A stretch of 61,440 bases of DNA from the NCBI GenBank assembly GCA_040878325.1, contig JBBDMM010000013.1, positions 1 to 61,440 on the forward strand, read 5' to 3'. Source of the stretch: Acidimicrobiia bacterium (GTDB taxonomy: Bacteria; Actinomycetota; Acidimicrobiia; Spongiisociales; UBA11373). Position numbers and translations under genes: made by a program. Shown here one piece after another: positions 49,959 to 59,393 of the stretch (within the stretch, counting starts at the first letter, position 1; the number at the start of each line of letters is the position of its first letter). Below the pieces are notes generated by a model. The model saw only the letters and a program-made list of their open reading frames with translations. It made no database searches and was not told the DNA's origin.

Positions 49959-50354
49959 TCAGGTCGAGTCGGGAATGTGCTCGTTCACCCAAGTCACGAC
50001 CGTGGCGAGCGGGGTGCCCGGCGTGAAGATCTCCGCCAGGCCGGCCTTCTTCAGGGCGACGATGTCCTCGCCGGGGATGATCCCACCGCCAAAGACAACG
50101 ATGTCCCGGGCATCGCGTTCGGCGAGGAGTTCAACCACTCTCGGGAAGAGGGTCATGTGGGCGCCCGAAAGTACCGACAGCCCGATCCCGGCGACGTCCT
50201 CCTGGAGGGCGGTCTCCACGATCTGTTCGGGTGTCTGGTGGAGGCCCGAATAGATCACCTCGCAGCCGGCGTCACGCAGCGCCCGGGCGATGACCTTCGC
50301 TCCCCGGTCGTGCCCGTCGAGGCCCGGTTTGGCGATGAGGATGCGACGGGGCAT
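49959..50354 (-). CDS. Cobalamin-binding subunit of acyl-CoA (methylmalonyl-CoA) mutase
   Basis: [23 protein letters not shown] and FGGGIIP. Confidence 0.94.
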   Translation of the reverse strand: MPRRILIAKPGLDGHDRGAKVIARALRDAGCEVIYSGLHQTPEQIVETALQEDVAGIGLSVLSGAHMTLFPRVVELLAERDARDIVVFGGGIIPGEDIVALKKAGLAEIFTPGTPLATVVTWVNEHIPDST

Positions 50355-50406
50355 AAGGCGCGTGAGGTTAGCCCGAGCAGGAAGGAGCCCCCATGGAGCG
50401 GGGATT

Positions 50407-50480
50407 CAAGAGCCAAGAGCCAAGAGCCAAGAGCCAAGATGATTTCCTGTCTTGATTCTTGATTCTTGATTCTTGACTCT
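50407..50480. repeat. Inverted heptamer-arm element
   Basis: (CAAGAGC)x4, a spacer, then (TCTTGAT)x3 TCTTGAC. Confidence 0.88.
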
Positions 50481-50483
50481 CTC

Positions 50484-51131
50484 TCACCCATCCACCCTGG
50501 TGACCTTCTCGACTCCCTCGAGGCCGCGCAGCCCGACCATCACCGCGTCGGCGTGTGCCGGCTCGACCGTCACCTGAATGCTCGCCCGGTCGACCGCGAT
50601 CTCATGGATGAACACCTCACCTCCCGGTCCAGCGAGACTCCGAGCCGCGGCCGATGCGTCCGCCACATGCCTCGGGTCATTCATGCGCATGACGATCACC
50701 GTCGTCGCCACCCCCCGACGGCCGCGAACCAGCCACTGGGTGAGCCCGACGACATAGAGGACCACCACGGCGACCCCGGTGGCGAGGACCGCCACCTCCC
50801 ACTCGCCGATGCCGGAGGCCATCCCCACCGCCGCGGCCGACCACAGGCCGGCAGCCGTCGTCAGCCCCCGCACCGTGAAACCATGACGGAAGATGGCGCC
50901 CGCACCGAGAAAGCCGATGCCGCTGACCACCTGCGCGGCGACCCGGGCGGGATCCGAGCCATCGAATGCCTCGACGCTGAGGAGGCTGAAGACCCCGGCT
51001 CCGAGGCCAACGAGCATGTGGGTGCGAATGCCGGCGGCCTTCTGCGCCACCTCGCGCTCGAAGCCGATGACTCCGGAAAGGGCCGCGGCTGCGATCAGGC
51101 GTGCTGCCGCCTCGCCCAGTTCGAGCGTCAT
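50484..51131 (-). CDS. MgtC/SapB family membrane protein
   Basis: IGFERE, AGIRTHMLV, DPARVAAQVVSGIGFLGAG and GLTTAAGLW. Confidence 0.94.
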   Translation of the reverse strand: MTLELGEAAARLIAAAALSGVIGFEREVAQKAAGIRTHMLVGLGAGVFSLLSVEAFDGSDPARVAAQVVSGIGFLGAGAIFRHGFTVRGLTTAAGLWSAAAVGMASGIGEWEVAVLATGVAVVVLYVVGLTQWLVRGRRGVATTVIVMRMNDPRHVADASAAARSLAGPGGEVFIHEIAVDRASIQVTVEPAHADAVMVGLRGLEGVEKVTRVDG

Positions 51132-53311
51132 GCCGGCTCCAGGGGTGCCCAGGCCAGCAGGAGCCTCTTCTCCCCGGCTTCATCGAACCGGACGGTCGCC
51201 TCGGCCCGGTCGCCGAAGCCATCGACGGCGAGCACGGTGCCGAGGCCCCATTGCCGGTGACGAATCCGATCGCCGCGGCTCACGTCCTCGCCACCGAGAG
51301 TCGGCCGCGGAGCGGTCGCCTCCCGATCGGCCCGCCTGACCCGCTTGTCCGCTTCGGCCATCAGTTTCGCCGGGATCTCCCCGAGGAATCGGCTCGGCGA
51401 GTTGTAGTTCGTCGCCCCAAAGAGGTTCCTGGTGGTGGCGTGGGTGAGGAACAGGCGGCGCTGAGCCCGGGTGATGCCGACGTACGCGAGGCGGCGCTCT
51501 TCCTCGAGCTGCACCGGGTCGCCGAGGCTTCGCATGTGGGGAAACACTCCCTCTTCGAGCCCGGCGATGAACACCGCCGGGAATTCCAGGCCCTTGGCGT
51601 TGTGGAGGGTCATCATTGTGACAGCCCCCGACTCTGCCAGTGCGTCGACGTCGGATACCAGGGCGATCGACTCCAGGAAGAGCTCGAGGCGGCGCATGCC
51701 ATCCATCTCATCCCAACGCTCGTCGCCGAGGTCGACCATCGGGCCGGAATCCTCGAATTCGGTGGCCACCGACAACAGCTCCTTCAGGTTCTCTGCCCGG
51801 CTGAGCGCCTCGATCGACCCCTCGCGCTCCAGCTCGTCGAGGTAGCCGGTGTCGGCCAGAACGGCCTGCAGCGCCGCGCGGGGACCTTCCGCCGCCGCCC
51901 CGACGAGCATGTTCATCACCGCTACGAACTCGGCGATGCTGTTGGCCGCCCGCGCGGTGAGGCGGGCATTGGAACCCGCCCGTGTCAGGGCCTCGTAGAA
52001 CGAAGTGCCGTCGGACTCCGCCATTCGATCGATGTGGCCCACGGTCGTGTCGCCAATCCCCCGCTTGGGCACATTGATGATCCGCTTCATCGCGACCGGG
52101 TCCGCCGGGTTCACGATCGCCTTGAGGTACGCCATCACATCCTTGACCTCGCGGCGGTCGTAGAACTTCGGCCCGCCGATCACTTGATACGGAACCCCGT
52201 AGCGGACCAACACCTCTTCGAGAACCCGGGACTGGGCATGCGTGCGATAGAAGATCGCGGCGTCCGCAAGCCGCAGCCCTTCGTCTTCCAGCGTCCCCAG
52301 ATGCTCCGCGATGAACGCCGCCTCGTCGTGCTCATCCTCGGCCCGGTAGAGGGTGACCGGCTCTCCGGTGCCGAGATCCGTCCACAGGTGCTTGGGTTTG
52401 CGCCCCGAGTTGTTGCCGATCACCGAATTGGCCGCGTCGAGGATCGTCTGCGTCGACCGATAGTTGCGGTCGAGCACCACGACCTGCGCATCGGGATAGT
52501 CGCGCTCGAACTCGAGGATGTTGCGTATGTCGGCGCCGCGAAATGCGTAGATACTCTGGTCCGAGTCTCCTACCACACAGAGATTGCGATGCTTGCCGGC
52601 AAGGAGCTGCACGAGCCGGTACTGGGCGCGGTTCGTGTCCTGGTATTCGTCGACGAGGATGTACCGAAACCGGTCCTGGTAATGCTCGAGCACCTTGGGG
52701 AATGCCCCGAACAGCTCGACCGTGATCATCAGCAGGTCGTCGAAGTCCATCGCGGAGGCTTCGAGCAGCCTCCGTTGGTACATCCGGTAGACCTCGGCGA
52801 CCTTCTGGTGGTATGGCCCTGATCCCTGCTCGGCGAACGACTCGAAATCGACCAACTCGTTCTTTGCGTTGCTGATTACCGCCCGAATCCCCTTGGGAGG
52901 GAACCGTTTCGGATCCAGGTCGAGGTCACGCACGCACCATTCCACCAGCCGTCGGGAGTCGAGTTCGTCGTAGATCGTGAACGCCGACTTGTATCCGAGC
53001 ACGGCGGCGTCCCGGCGGAGAATCCGGACGCACGCAGAGTGAAACGTCGACACCCACATTCCCCGAGACACGCCACCGACCAAGCGGGCGACCCGCTCCT
53101 TCATCTCGTTGGCTGCCTTGTTGGTGAAGGTGATGGCGAGCACCGAGTAAGGCGACACCCCGAGGTCCTTGATCAGGTGGGCGACTCGATGGGTGAGGAC
53201 GCGCGTCTTGCCCGATCCAGCCCCGGCCACCACCAGGACCGGACCCTCCGTGGTGGCCACCGCCTCCCGCTGCGACGGGTTGAGGCCCTCGAAAAGATCG
53301 GACTCGGGCAT
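51128..53311 (-). CDS. pcrA: ATP-dependent DNA helicase PcrA/UvrD
   Basis: AGAGSGKT, VDEYQDTN, VGDSDQSIYAFRGA, TLHNAKGLEFP and EEERRLAYVGITRA. Confidence 0.97.
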   Translation of the reverse strand: MPESDLFEGLNPSQREAVATTEGPVLVVAGAGSGKTRVLTHRVAHLIKDLGVSPYSVLAITFTNKAANEMKERVARLVGGVSRGMWVSTFHSACVRILRRDAAVLGYKSAFTIYDELDSRRLVEWCVRDLDLDPKRFPPKGIRAVISNAKNELVDFESFAEQGSGPYHQKVAEVYRMYQRRLLEASAMDFDDLLMITVELFGAFPKVLEHYQDRFRYILVDEYQDTNRAQYRLVQLLAGKHRNLCVVGDSDQSIYAFRGADIRNILEFERDYPDAQVVVLDRNYRSTQTILDAANSVIGNNSGRKPKHLWTDLGTGEPVTLYRAEDEHDEAAFIAEHLGTLEDEGLRLADAAIFYRTHAQSRVLEEVLVRYGVPYQVIGGPKFYDRREVKDVMAYLKAIVNPADPVAMKRIINVPKRGIGDTTVGHIDRMAESDGTSFYEALTRAGSNARLTARAANSIAEFVAVMNMLVGAAAEGPRAALQAVLADTGYLDELEREGSIEALSRAENLKELLSVATEFEDSGPMVDLGDERWDEMDGMRRLELFLESIALVSDVDALAESGAVTMMTLHNAKGLEFPAVFIAGLEEGVFPHMRSLGDPVQLEEERRLAYVGITRAQRRLFLTHATTRNLFGATNYNSPSRFLGEIPAKLMAEADKRVRRADREATAPRPTLGGEDVSRGDRIRHRQWGLGTVLAVDGFGDRAEATVRFDEAGEKRLLLAWAPLEPA

Positions 53312-53360
53312 GGCCGAAGTGTAGGACGCACCTCCCCCGAGAATGCCAGCCATGTGATTA

Positions 53361-53473
53361 GGCCTCGCTTCGCTCGGCCCGCAATTGGCGATTGGCGATT
53401 GGCAAGACGGCCTCGCCTCGCTCGGCCCGCAATGCGCGAGGCGCCATGCGCTATGGCCGAGCGCAGCGAGGCC
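53361..53473. repeat. Repeat element with two direct heads and one inverted head
   Basis: GGCCTCGCTTCGCTCGGCCC GCAATTG (GCGATTG)x2 ... GGCCTCGCCTCGCTCGGCCC ... GGCCGAGCGCAGCGAGGCC. Confidence 0.85.
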
Positions 53474-55510
53474 CTATCCGATCAGGTCGTGGATCACTGC
53501 GGCGAGGGCGCCCTTGCGCACGTCGTCCTTGTCGAGATATGCGTTGGCGCCAGCCTTGAGGGCGCGGCTCTGATCCTCGGCAGTGGCAGCCCCGGAGAGC
53601 ATCACGATCGGCGCCTCGATCCCGAGGGCCCGAACGCGCCCGGCCAGGGTGGCACCATCCATGGTCGGAAGCACGTAGTCCATGACGATCGCATCGAACT
53701 CCTGCTCGGCCAGCACCGACAGGGCCTCAGTCGGACTGCCGGCGAGGTCGACTTCGAAGCCCGCAGACCCCAGCGCCCCGCCCACCACCTGGCGGGCGCC
53801 CCGCGAGTCGTCGATGACCAGGACGCGGCGACGAGGGCCGGCGGTCTTGCGCACGGCGCGCGCCCGCTCGGCGAGGCGGCTCGGGTCGACCAGCACCACG
53901 ACGTCGCCGCCGCCCAGCATGGCGGCACCGGTCAGATGGGGCACTCCATCGAGAACAGGGCCTAGTTCCCGGGCGGCCACCTGTCGGCGTCCGAGTTCGG
54001 CGACGACCATGAACCCCACGGGACCCACCGGGCTCGAGACGACAAGGACCTTGGTGACCTCGGAGGTCTCGCGGAGGCCGACGGCCTCGGCGAATGTGGT
54101 CACGGGAACCGTCGAGCCCTGCCACGTCATCTCGGTGCGTTGCGGAGTCTCGACCAACTCGACAGCATCCATGGGGATCCGGTCGAGAACCGCAAGCTCC
54201 GGAATCCCCCACGTCTGCCCGGCGGCCACGATGAGCACGGCATCCTGCAGAGCCCGGCTGGTCGGCACGGTGATGGACACCCGGGTGCCCCGGCCGGGCT
54301 CCGTCTCGAGGGTCAGGCTCCCATGAAGGGCCTCGACCGCCTCCGCGACCACGGCGAGCCCCTGGCCGTCTCCAACCAGTTCGCTCGGCTGACTCGTCGA
54401 GAAGTTGGGAGCGAACAGCAACGACCGGAGTGCCTCGGTGTCGGCGATGTCCCCCTCCGGCAGCAGGCCGCGCCGTACCGCGGCGCGCTGCACCTTGTGC
54501 CAGTCGACACCCCGCCCATCGTCCTCGACGACGATCGAAAGGCGATGGTTTGCCGCCTCAGCCCTGAGGGAAATCGTCGCGGTCGGAGGCTTGCCCGCGG
54601 CTTGGCGCTCTTCCGGAGACTCCACCCCATGCTCGACCGCGTTGACCAACAGGTGGCGGAGGGCATCCGAGAGCCGCTCGAGCACCTGCCGGTCTGCGGT
54701 GTGCTGGTCCCCGACGAGCTCGAGCCGGATCTCCTTGCCGGCTTTGCGCGACACGTACCTGACGAGTTGGGGGAAAGTATTCGTGATCTCGTTGAGCGGC
54801 GCCGCCGCCAGATCGACAGCCCTGGTCTGCAGGTCGATCACGGCCTTCTCTGCTCCGGACACCATCGAGCCGAGACGGATGAGTGCGTCCTCGAGGGCTG
54901 CTGGATCATCGAGGCTCCGGGTGACGCTCCCCACCCCGGCGACGAGCGCCTCGGCGTCGACCCGTAGGGAACACACCTCGTTGATGAGCCTGAAGAGCTC
55001 GGCGGCGTTGACACGGGTGTTCTCGGCGAATGCCCAGGAGTCGAGGCTGCCCAGCAGGCCTCCCAGATCGCCGTAATCGTTGCTCGAGCCTCCGTCGGGG
55101 GCGAGTTCGGCGATGGCGAGGCGATCGATGGCCAGGAGGCGGCGCAGGTCGCGCATTCCGGTGGCGAGGCCGGGGGTGCCCGTCGATGGATCGGCGAGGA
55201 CCGCTTCCTCGAGTTCGCGGGCCAGACGCTCCAGAGGATTGGCGATCGTCACGTCCGCCTCGATCTCACCCTCCCGCAGCGAGCGCCACACGTCTTCGAG
55301 CAGCTTGCCTGCGTCGGATACCGCGCTGTAACCCATCATCCGGGCCGTGCCCTTGATGGTGTGCCCCTCGCGCACCATGTCGGCGTAGAGGCTCTCACCG
55401 GGCTCGCCCGCGACAAGGCTGGTCGCGCCGGCGATGAGGCGTGCGGACCGTTCCTCAATCTCCCCGGCGAACAGCCTCTGCAGTTCGAGATCGTCGTTGA
55501 ACGCGGCCAA
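53474..55510 (-). CDS. CheA-like hybrid kinase (Hpt-dimerisation-HATPase-CheW-REC)
   Basis: REGHTIKGTARMMG, HLLVNAVEHGVE, EDDGRG, LFAPNFST, a CheW-like domain and REC VLVIDDS...MDYVLPTMDG. Confidence 0.92.
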   Translation of the reverse strand: MAAFNDDLELQRLFAGEIEERSARLIAGATSLVAGEPGESLYADMVREGHTIKGTARMMGYSAVSDAGKLLEDVWRSLREGEIEADVTIANPLERLARELEEAVLADPSTGTPGLATGMRDLRRLLAIDRLAIAELAPDGGSSNDYGDLGGLLGSLDSWAFAENTRVNAAELFRLINEVCSLRVDAEALVAGVGSVTRSLDDPAALEDALIRLGSMVSGAEKAVIDLQTRAVDLAAAPLNEITNTFPQLVRYVSRKAGKEIRLELVGDQHTADRQVLERLSDALRHLLVNAVEHGVESPEERQAAGKPPTATISLRAEAANHRLSIVVEDDGRGVDWHKVQRAAVRRGLLPEGDIADTEALRSLLFAPNFSTSQPSELVGDGQGLAVVAEAVEALHGSLTLETEPGRGTRVSITVPTSRALQDAVLIVAAGQTWGIPELAVLDRIPMDAVELVETPQRTEMTWQGSTVPVTTFAEAVGLRETSEVTKVLVVSSPVGPVGFMVVAELGRRQVAARELGPVLDGVPHLTGAAMLGGGDVVVLVDPSRLAERARAVRKTAGPRRRVLVIDDSRGARQVVGGALGSAGFEVDLAGSPTEALSVLAEQEFDAIVMDYVLPTMDGATLAGRVRALGIEAPIVMLSGAATAEDQSRALKAGANAYLDKDDVRKGALAAVIHDLIG

Positions 55511-55542
55511 AAGGTCACCTCGAGGGGGATTCGAATGCCTAT

Positions 55543-55574
55543 TTGCTATCGACTCCGTGGCCTCGGCCCTTGAG
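55543..55574 (-). promoter_or_regulatory. Sigma28 (FliA/WhiG)-type promoter of the CheA-like gene
   Basis: Minus strand CTCAAG-N15-GTCGATAG. Confidence 0.65.
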
Positions 55575-55603
55575 CGGCCGCATCGAAATTCCCTCGCGTT
55601 CTA

Positions 55604-55635
55604 CCAATTGCCAAGTGGGCCGAACGCAGTGAGGC
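55604..55635 (-). repeat. Reverse-oriented copy of the head-heptamer element
   Basis: Minus strand GCCTCACTGCGTTCGGCCC ACTTG GCAATTG G. Confidence 0.65.
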
Positions 55636-55640
55636 TTCTG

Positions 55641-57182
55641 CTACTCCCACTCGATGGTGGCGGGGGGCTTCGAGGTGACGTCGTAGGCGACGCGGTTGAT
55701 GCCCTCGACCTCATTCACCACCCGCGCCGAGATCCGCTCCAGCACCTCGTAGGGGAGCCGGACCCAATCGGCGGTCATGGCATCCTCGGACGAGACCGCC
55801 CGCACGACCAGCGGGTAGGCATAGGTGCGGGTGTCGCCCTGCACCCCCACCGTTTGCAGCGCAGGGAGGATCCCGAACGCCTGCCACACCTGCCGTTCGA
55901 GGCCGGCCCGGCGGATCTCCTCGGTGATGATGGCATCGGCCTTGCGGAGAATCTCGAGGCGCTCCCGGGTCACCTCACCGATGATTCGCACTGCCAGACC
56001 GGGCCCGGGGAACGGTTGGCGCCACACGACCGACTCCGGCAATCCAAGTTCCTCGCCGATGGCCCGGACCTCATCCTTGAATAGGTCCCGGAGGGGTTCC
56101 ACCAGCTCGAAGTCCATGTCATCGGGAAGGCCGCCCACGTTGTGATGGCTCTTGATCTTCGCCGCATCCTTGGTGCCCGACTCGATGACATCGGGGTAAA
56201 GCGTCCCCTGGACGAGGAAATGGGCCTCCGAGTGCTCCCGGGCGAACTCTTCGAACACCCGGATGAAGGTCTCGCCAATGATGCGCCGCTTCGACTCGGG
56301 GTCGGTGACCCCCTCGAGCGCTCCGAGGAACCGGTCGACGGCGTCGACCACCACGAGTTCGGCGTGGAGGCTGCTGTTGAAGGCATCGGCCACCTGTTCG
56401 ACCTCACCGGAGCGCAGGAGGCCGTGATCGACGAGGACACAGGTGAGGCGGTCACCGATTGCCCGGCGCACGACTGCGGCGGCCACCGCCGAGTCGACGC
56501 CGCCCGAAAGAGCGCAGATCGCGTGCTCATCGCCGATTTGCCGGCGGACGGCAGAAACCGCCTGCTCGATGATGCCAACGTTGGTCCAGGTGGGTCGGGC
56601 GCCACACACCTCGTAGAGGAACCGTTTGAGGATCTCCTGACCTCGCGGGGTGTGCCCGACCTCAGGGTGAAACTGGACGCCGCACATGCGTCGGTCGAGA
56701 TCCTCCATGGCCGCCACGGGGGACGATGCGGTGGACGCGGTGACGGTGAAGCCCGGCGGCGGCTTGACCACCGAGTCACGATGGCTCATCCAAACCTGCT
56801 GCCGATCCGGGAGCCCGCCCAGCAGTACGCCTTGCCCGGAGGTAGCCAGGTCGGTGCGGCCGAATTCGGCCTCCTGAGTTCGCTCGACGTCACCGCCGAG
56901 GGCATGGGCGAGCACCTGATGCCCGTAACAGATGCCCAGAATCGGGATTCCCAACTCGAGAATCCCGTGGTCGATGTCGTATGCGTCGGCGGCGTACACC
57001 GAGGCAGGCCCGCCCGAAAGGATGATCCCGGCAGGAGCCCGCGCCGCCACCTCTTCCGCACTGATGTCGCGGGGGACGATCTCGGAAAAGACATGCGCCT
57101 CACGGATGCGACGCGCGATGAGTTGGGCGTATTGCGCCCCGAAGTCCACCACCAGCACCCGATCGAATTCGGTGCCAGTCAC
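55641..57182 (-). CDS. guaA: GMP synthase (glutamine-hydrolysing)
   Basis: [32 protein letters not shown] and KPPATIEWE. Confidence 0.97.
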   Translation of the reverse strand: MTGTEFDRVLVVDFGAQYAQLIARRIREAHVFSEIVPRDISAEEVAARAPAGIILSGGPASVYAADAYDIDHGILELGIPILGICYGHQVLAHALGGDVERTQEAEFGRTDLATSGQGVLLGGLPDRQQVWMSHRDSVVKPPPGFTVTASTASSPVAAMEDLDRRMCGVQFHPEVGHTPRGQEILKRFLYEVCGARPTWTNVGIIEQAVSAVRRQIGDEHAICALSGGVDSAVAAAVVRRAIGDRLTCVLVDHGLLRSGEVEQVADAFNSSLHAELVVVDAVDRFLGALEGVTDPESKRRIIGETFIRVFEEFAREHSEAHFLVQGTLYPDVIESGTKDAAKIKSHHNVGGLPDDMDFELVEPLRDLFKDEVRAIGEELGLPESVVWRQPFPGPGLAVRIIGEVTRERLEILRKADAIITEEIRRAGLERQVWQAFGILPALQTVGVQGDTRTYAYPLVVRAVSSEDAMTADWVRLPYEVLERISARVVNEVEGINRVAYDVTSKPPATIEWE

Positions 57183-58336
57183 CCCATGCCGACCCGCTGG
57201 TCACGCTGCAGGGACTTGCCCTCGGTCCGCAGCGACGGCGCCACCATGACCTCCGCCTTCTGGAACTCCTTGAGGTCGGCGTAGCCGGTGGTCGCCATCG
57301 ACACCCGGAGCGCCCCGAAAAGGTTGCGGCGGCCGTCGTTTTCGTGAGCCGGGCCCACCAGAATCTCCTCCAGCGTGCCGAGTTCGCCGACCTCGACCCG
57401 GGCCCCGCGCGGCAGGGACGGATGGAATGTGGCCATTCCCCAGTGCATGCCGTGGCCGGGCGCCTCGGAGGCTGCGGCGATGGGGGAACCGAGCATCACG
57501 GCGTCGGCGCCACAGGCGATTGCCTTGGCGATGTCGCCGCCGGTGCGCATCCCCCCGTCGGCGATCACGTGCACGTATCGCCCGACCTCGTCGAGATACC
57601 GGATGCGGGCTCCAGCGGCATCGGCGATCGCCGTCGCCTGCGGCACGCCGACCCCCAGCACTCCCCGGGTGGTGCAGGCGGCGCCCGGTCCGACGCCGAC
57701 GAGCACCCCGATCGCTCCGGTGCGCATCAGGTGGAGAGCGGTCGAGAAGGACGCGCAACCGCCGACGATCACCGGCAGATCGAACCCGGCGATGAACTCT
57801 TTCAGGTTGAGCGGCTCGGCCCGGGTGGACACATGCTCGGCGGAGACGACGGTCCCCTGGATCACCAGGATGTCGAGCCCTGCCTTGACGGTGAGGGGGG
57901 CGTACTCGGCGACCCTCTGCGGCGTGAGGCTGGCGGCGGTGGTGACTCCCTCACGCTTCATCTCGGTGATGCGCTGCCCGATCAAGTCGGGGTTCACCGG
58001 CTCGAGATAGATCTCCTGCATCCGGCGGGTGGCCTTCTCCGAGGAGAGCGAAGCGATCTCCTCGAACATCTCCTCAGGATCCTCGTAACGGGTCCACAAC
58101 CCTTCGAGGTTCAGTACGCCGAGGCCACCCAACTTGCCGATGGTGACCGCGGTCGCCGGGCTGACCGCCGAGTCCATGGCCGAGGCGAGCATCGGGAGAG
58201 GGAAGGTGAAAGCGTCCACCTCCCAGGTGATGTCGACATCATCGGGATCGCGGGTGCGCCGGCTGGGGACGATGGCGATGTCATCGAATCCCCAGGCCCG
58301 CCTCCCCGTCTTGCCGATCCCGATGTCGATGTCCAC
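57179..58336 (-). CDS. guaB3: GuaB3 family IMP dehydrogenase
   Basis: [37 protein letters not shown] and [11 protein letters not shown]. Confidence 0.92.
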   Translation of the reverse strand: MDIDIGIGKTGRRAWGFDDIAIVPSRRTRDPDDVDITWEVDAFTFPLPMLASAMDSAVSPATAVTIGKLGGLGVLNLEGLWTRYEDPEEMFEEIASLSSEKATRRMQEIYLEPVNPDLIGQRITEMKREGVTTAASLTPQRVAEYAPLTVKAGLDILVIQGTVVSAEHVSTRAEPLNLKEFIAGFDLPVIVGGCASFSTALHLMRTGAIGVLVGVGPGAACTTRGVLGVGVPQATAIADAAGARIRYLDEVGRYVHVIADGGMRTGGDIAKAIACGADAVMLGSPIAAASEAPGHGMHWGMATFHPSLPRGARVEVGELGTLEEILVGPAHENDGRRNLFGALRVSMATTGYADLKEFQKAEVMVAPSLRTEGKSLQRDQRVGMG

Positions 58337-58354
58337 GGAAACGAGAGTAGTCAG

Positions 58355-58389
58355 AGAGTCAAGAGTCAAGAGTCAAGAGTCAAGAGCCA
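58355..58389. repeat. Heptamer tandem repeat
   Basis: (AGAGTCA)x4 AGAGCCA. Confidence 0.85.
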
Positions 58390-58399
58390 GGGCCGACGG

Positions 58400-59377
58400 C
58401 TACCCCAGCCCAACCCTTGCTCGCACCTTTTGCTGCAGCGCCTCGGCTCTTTCCCGGGCGGTGGCGGCACCTTCGCGAACCGCCCGCTCGACTTCGGCGT
58501 CGTCGAGGGTGGCGAACGCCTGGCGGATCGGGGCAAGACCCTCGATGACGGCTTCGGCTACTGCCGTCTTGAACTTGCCGTAGCCGCTCGACCCGTACTC
58601 GTCCTCGATGGACGCCGGCGTGCGCTCGGTGAACAGCGACATGATCTCGATGAGGTTGGAGATACCCGGCTTCTCGTCCCAATCGAACCTCACCTCCGAG
58701 CCCGAATCGGTGACGGCGGCCTTGAGGCGGGCAGTGATGGTGTCGGGGTCGTCGAGAACCAGGATGCGACTGCGTGGATCCGGGTCTGACTTCGACATCT
58801 TCGCCGTCGGATCCTGCAGCGACATCACCCGGGCGCCGTGCTCAGGGATGATCGGCTCCGGGATCGGGAACTCGTCACCGAACCGGAAGTTGAAGCGTTC
58901 TGCCAGGTCGCGGCTCAACTCGAGGTGCTGCTTCTGGTCGTCACCCACGGGCACGGCGTCTGCCCGATACAGCAGGATGTCCGCGGCCATCAGCACCGGG
59001 TAGGCGAACAGGCCGAACAGGGCCCCTGCGGTCTCGGACTTGTCCTTGTACTGGGTCATTCGCCCCAGCTGGCCCATCCCGGTGATGGTGCCCAGGATCC
59101 ATGCAAGCTCGAGGTGGTGGGGCACCTCGCTCTGGTAATAGAAGAGTGATCGGGTCGGATCGACGCCGCAGGCGATCAGCACCTTCGCCGCCTCGCGCCG
59201 CTCCCGGGCGAACTGCTCGACGTCGTAGCCGACGGTCATGGCGTGGAGGTCGACGATGCAGTACACGCAGTCGTACTCGTCCTGCAACCGCACCCAATTC
59301 TGCAGGGCGCCGAGGTAGTTGCCGACATGCACATTCCCCGTCGGCTGAAGCCCGGAAAAGACAGTCTTCTTGCTCAC
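58400..59377 (-). CDS. trpS: Tryptophan-tRNA ligase
   Basis: SGLQPTGNVHVGNYLGA, YPVLMAADIL, VPVGDDQKQHLE and KMSKS. Confidence 0.97.
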   Translation of the reverse strand: MSKKTVFSGLQPTGNVHVGNYLGALQNWVRLQDEYDCVYCIVDLHAMTVGYDVEQFARERREAAKVLIACGVDPTRSLFYYQSEVPHHLELAWILGTITGMGQLGRMTQYKDKSETAGALFGLFAYPVLMAADILLYRADAVPVGDDQKQHLELSRDLAERFNFRFGDEFPIPEPIIPEHGARVMSLQDPTAKMSKSDPDPRSRILVLDDPDTITARLKAAVTDSGSEVRFDWDEKPGISNLIEIMSLFTERTPASIEDEYGSSGYGKFKTAVAEAVIEGLAPIRQAFATLDDAEVERAVREGAATARERAEALQQKVRARVGLG

Positions 59378-59393
59378 GGCACGTAGGTTAGGA

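Noticed and set aside
50355..50483. Cobalamin riboswitch upstream of the B12-binding gene
   Set aside because: The region is short, mostly heptamer repeats, and lacks a recognisable B12 box.
58344..58385. TTGACT heptamers acting as the -35 box for guaB3
   Set aside because: Spacings to the TACTCT -10 box are 7, 14, 21 and 28 nt, and none fits 16-18.
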